Assembly: GCA_024704765.1 (NCBI GenBank)
Contig: JAKMXF010000002.1
Span: 1 to 64,000 of the forward strand
DNA length: 64,000 bases
Origin: Oopsacas minuta
Taxonomy: Eukaryota > Animalia > Porifera
Direction: 5' to 3'
This document shows, in pieces, positions 63,671 to 64,000 of the stretch; positions within the stretch are counted from its first letter, which is position 1; every line of letters starts with the position of its first letter. The notes beneath the pieces were generated by a model, which was not told where the DNA came from, did no database searches, and saw only the letters and a list, made by a program, of their open reading frames with translations. The position numbers and the translations under genes are program-made.

Positions 63671-63858
63671 CAGTATAGAAGACTCTCGTTAATACGTACA
63701 CCAGGGAACTGCAAAAATTCATACTCCTTATCCGGAGTACGTATTTCCGAACTAATTTTCAATGAAAAGGCATCGAATGAAACTGAAAATGTGTACAAAT
63801 TAGTAGTCCTTATCTGGAGTAACCCCTTAATCGTGCTCGTATTAACGAGACTCTACTG
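63671..63858. mobile_element. About 190-bp Tigger-type MITE
   Basis: The left end CAGTATAGAAGACTCTCGTTAATACG is inverted against the right end CGTATTAACGAGACTCTACTG|TA. Confidence 0.6.
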
Positions 63859-64000
63859 TATACGTTACTGACAACTCAATGATTTATGTTATTAATAATA
63901 TAAAATATTTTACAAATACAGTGATAACAAAATTGAGTTGTCTTTACAACAACCTAAGTTGTTTAGCAGTGTGTTCATATAGGCGATACTAGTACACTAG

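Overview
AT-rich eukaryotic (animal) genomic DNA made up almost entirely of DNA transposons, their nests, MITEs and decayed remnants. There is one clear host gene: an intronless RhoA/Rho1-family GTPase at 30232..30813 (+). Element boundaries were set from terminal inverted repeats (TIRs) and target-site duplications (TSDs) read directly from the sequence, and several nests can be undone in silico to restore the host reading frame. Families present are IS630-Tc1-mariner (DD34D, DD34E, DD37D, DD37E, DD41D and pogo DD35D), at least six hAT elements or remnants, two Mutator/MULE elements, three RAG1-like Transib elements, and Gypsy-integrase-like (Ginger/GIN-type) remnants. The most notable observations are: (1) a complete 2.9-kb Transib element with a 5-bp TSD, RSS-heptamer-like ends and a possible asymmetric two-part TIR; (2) two different MULE families whose transposases both end in a C3HC4 RING finger; (3) a 1842-bp element that is almost wholly palindromic, has two left ends and transposed as a unit (8-bp TSD); (4) a Rho GTPase with Ser in place of Asn41; (5) possible ubiquitin/SUMO-pathway domains (RING, and more tentatively Ulp1-like and USP-like) in or beside mobile DNA. 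Family names come from motif recognition by eye; no database search was run. The organism cannot be determined from this window. A non-bilaterian or other invertebrate is plausible, but that is inference only.
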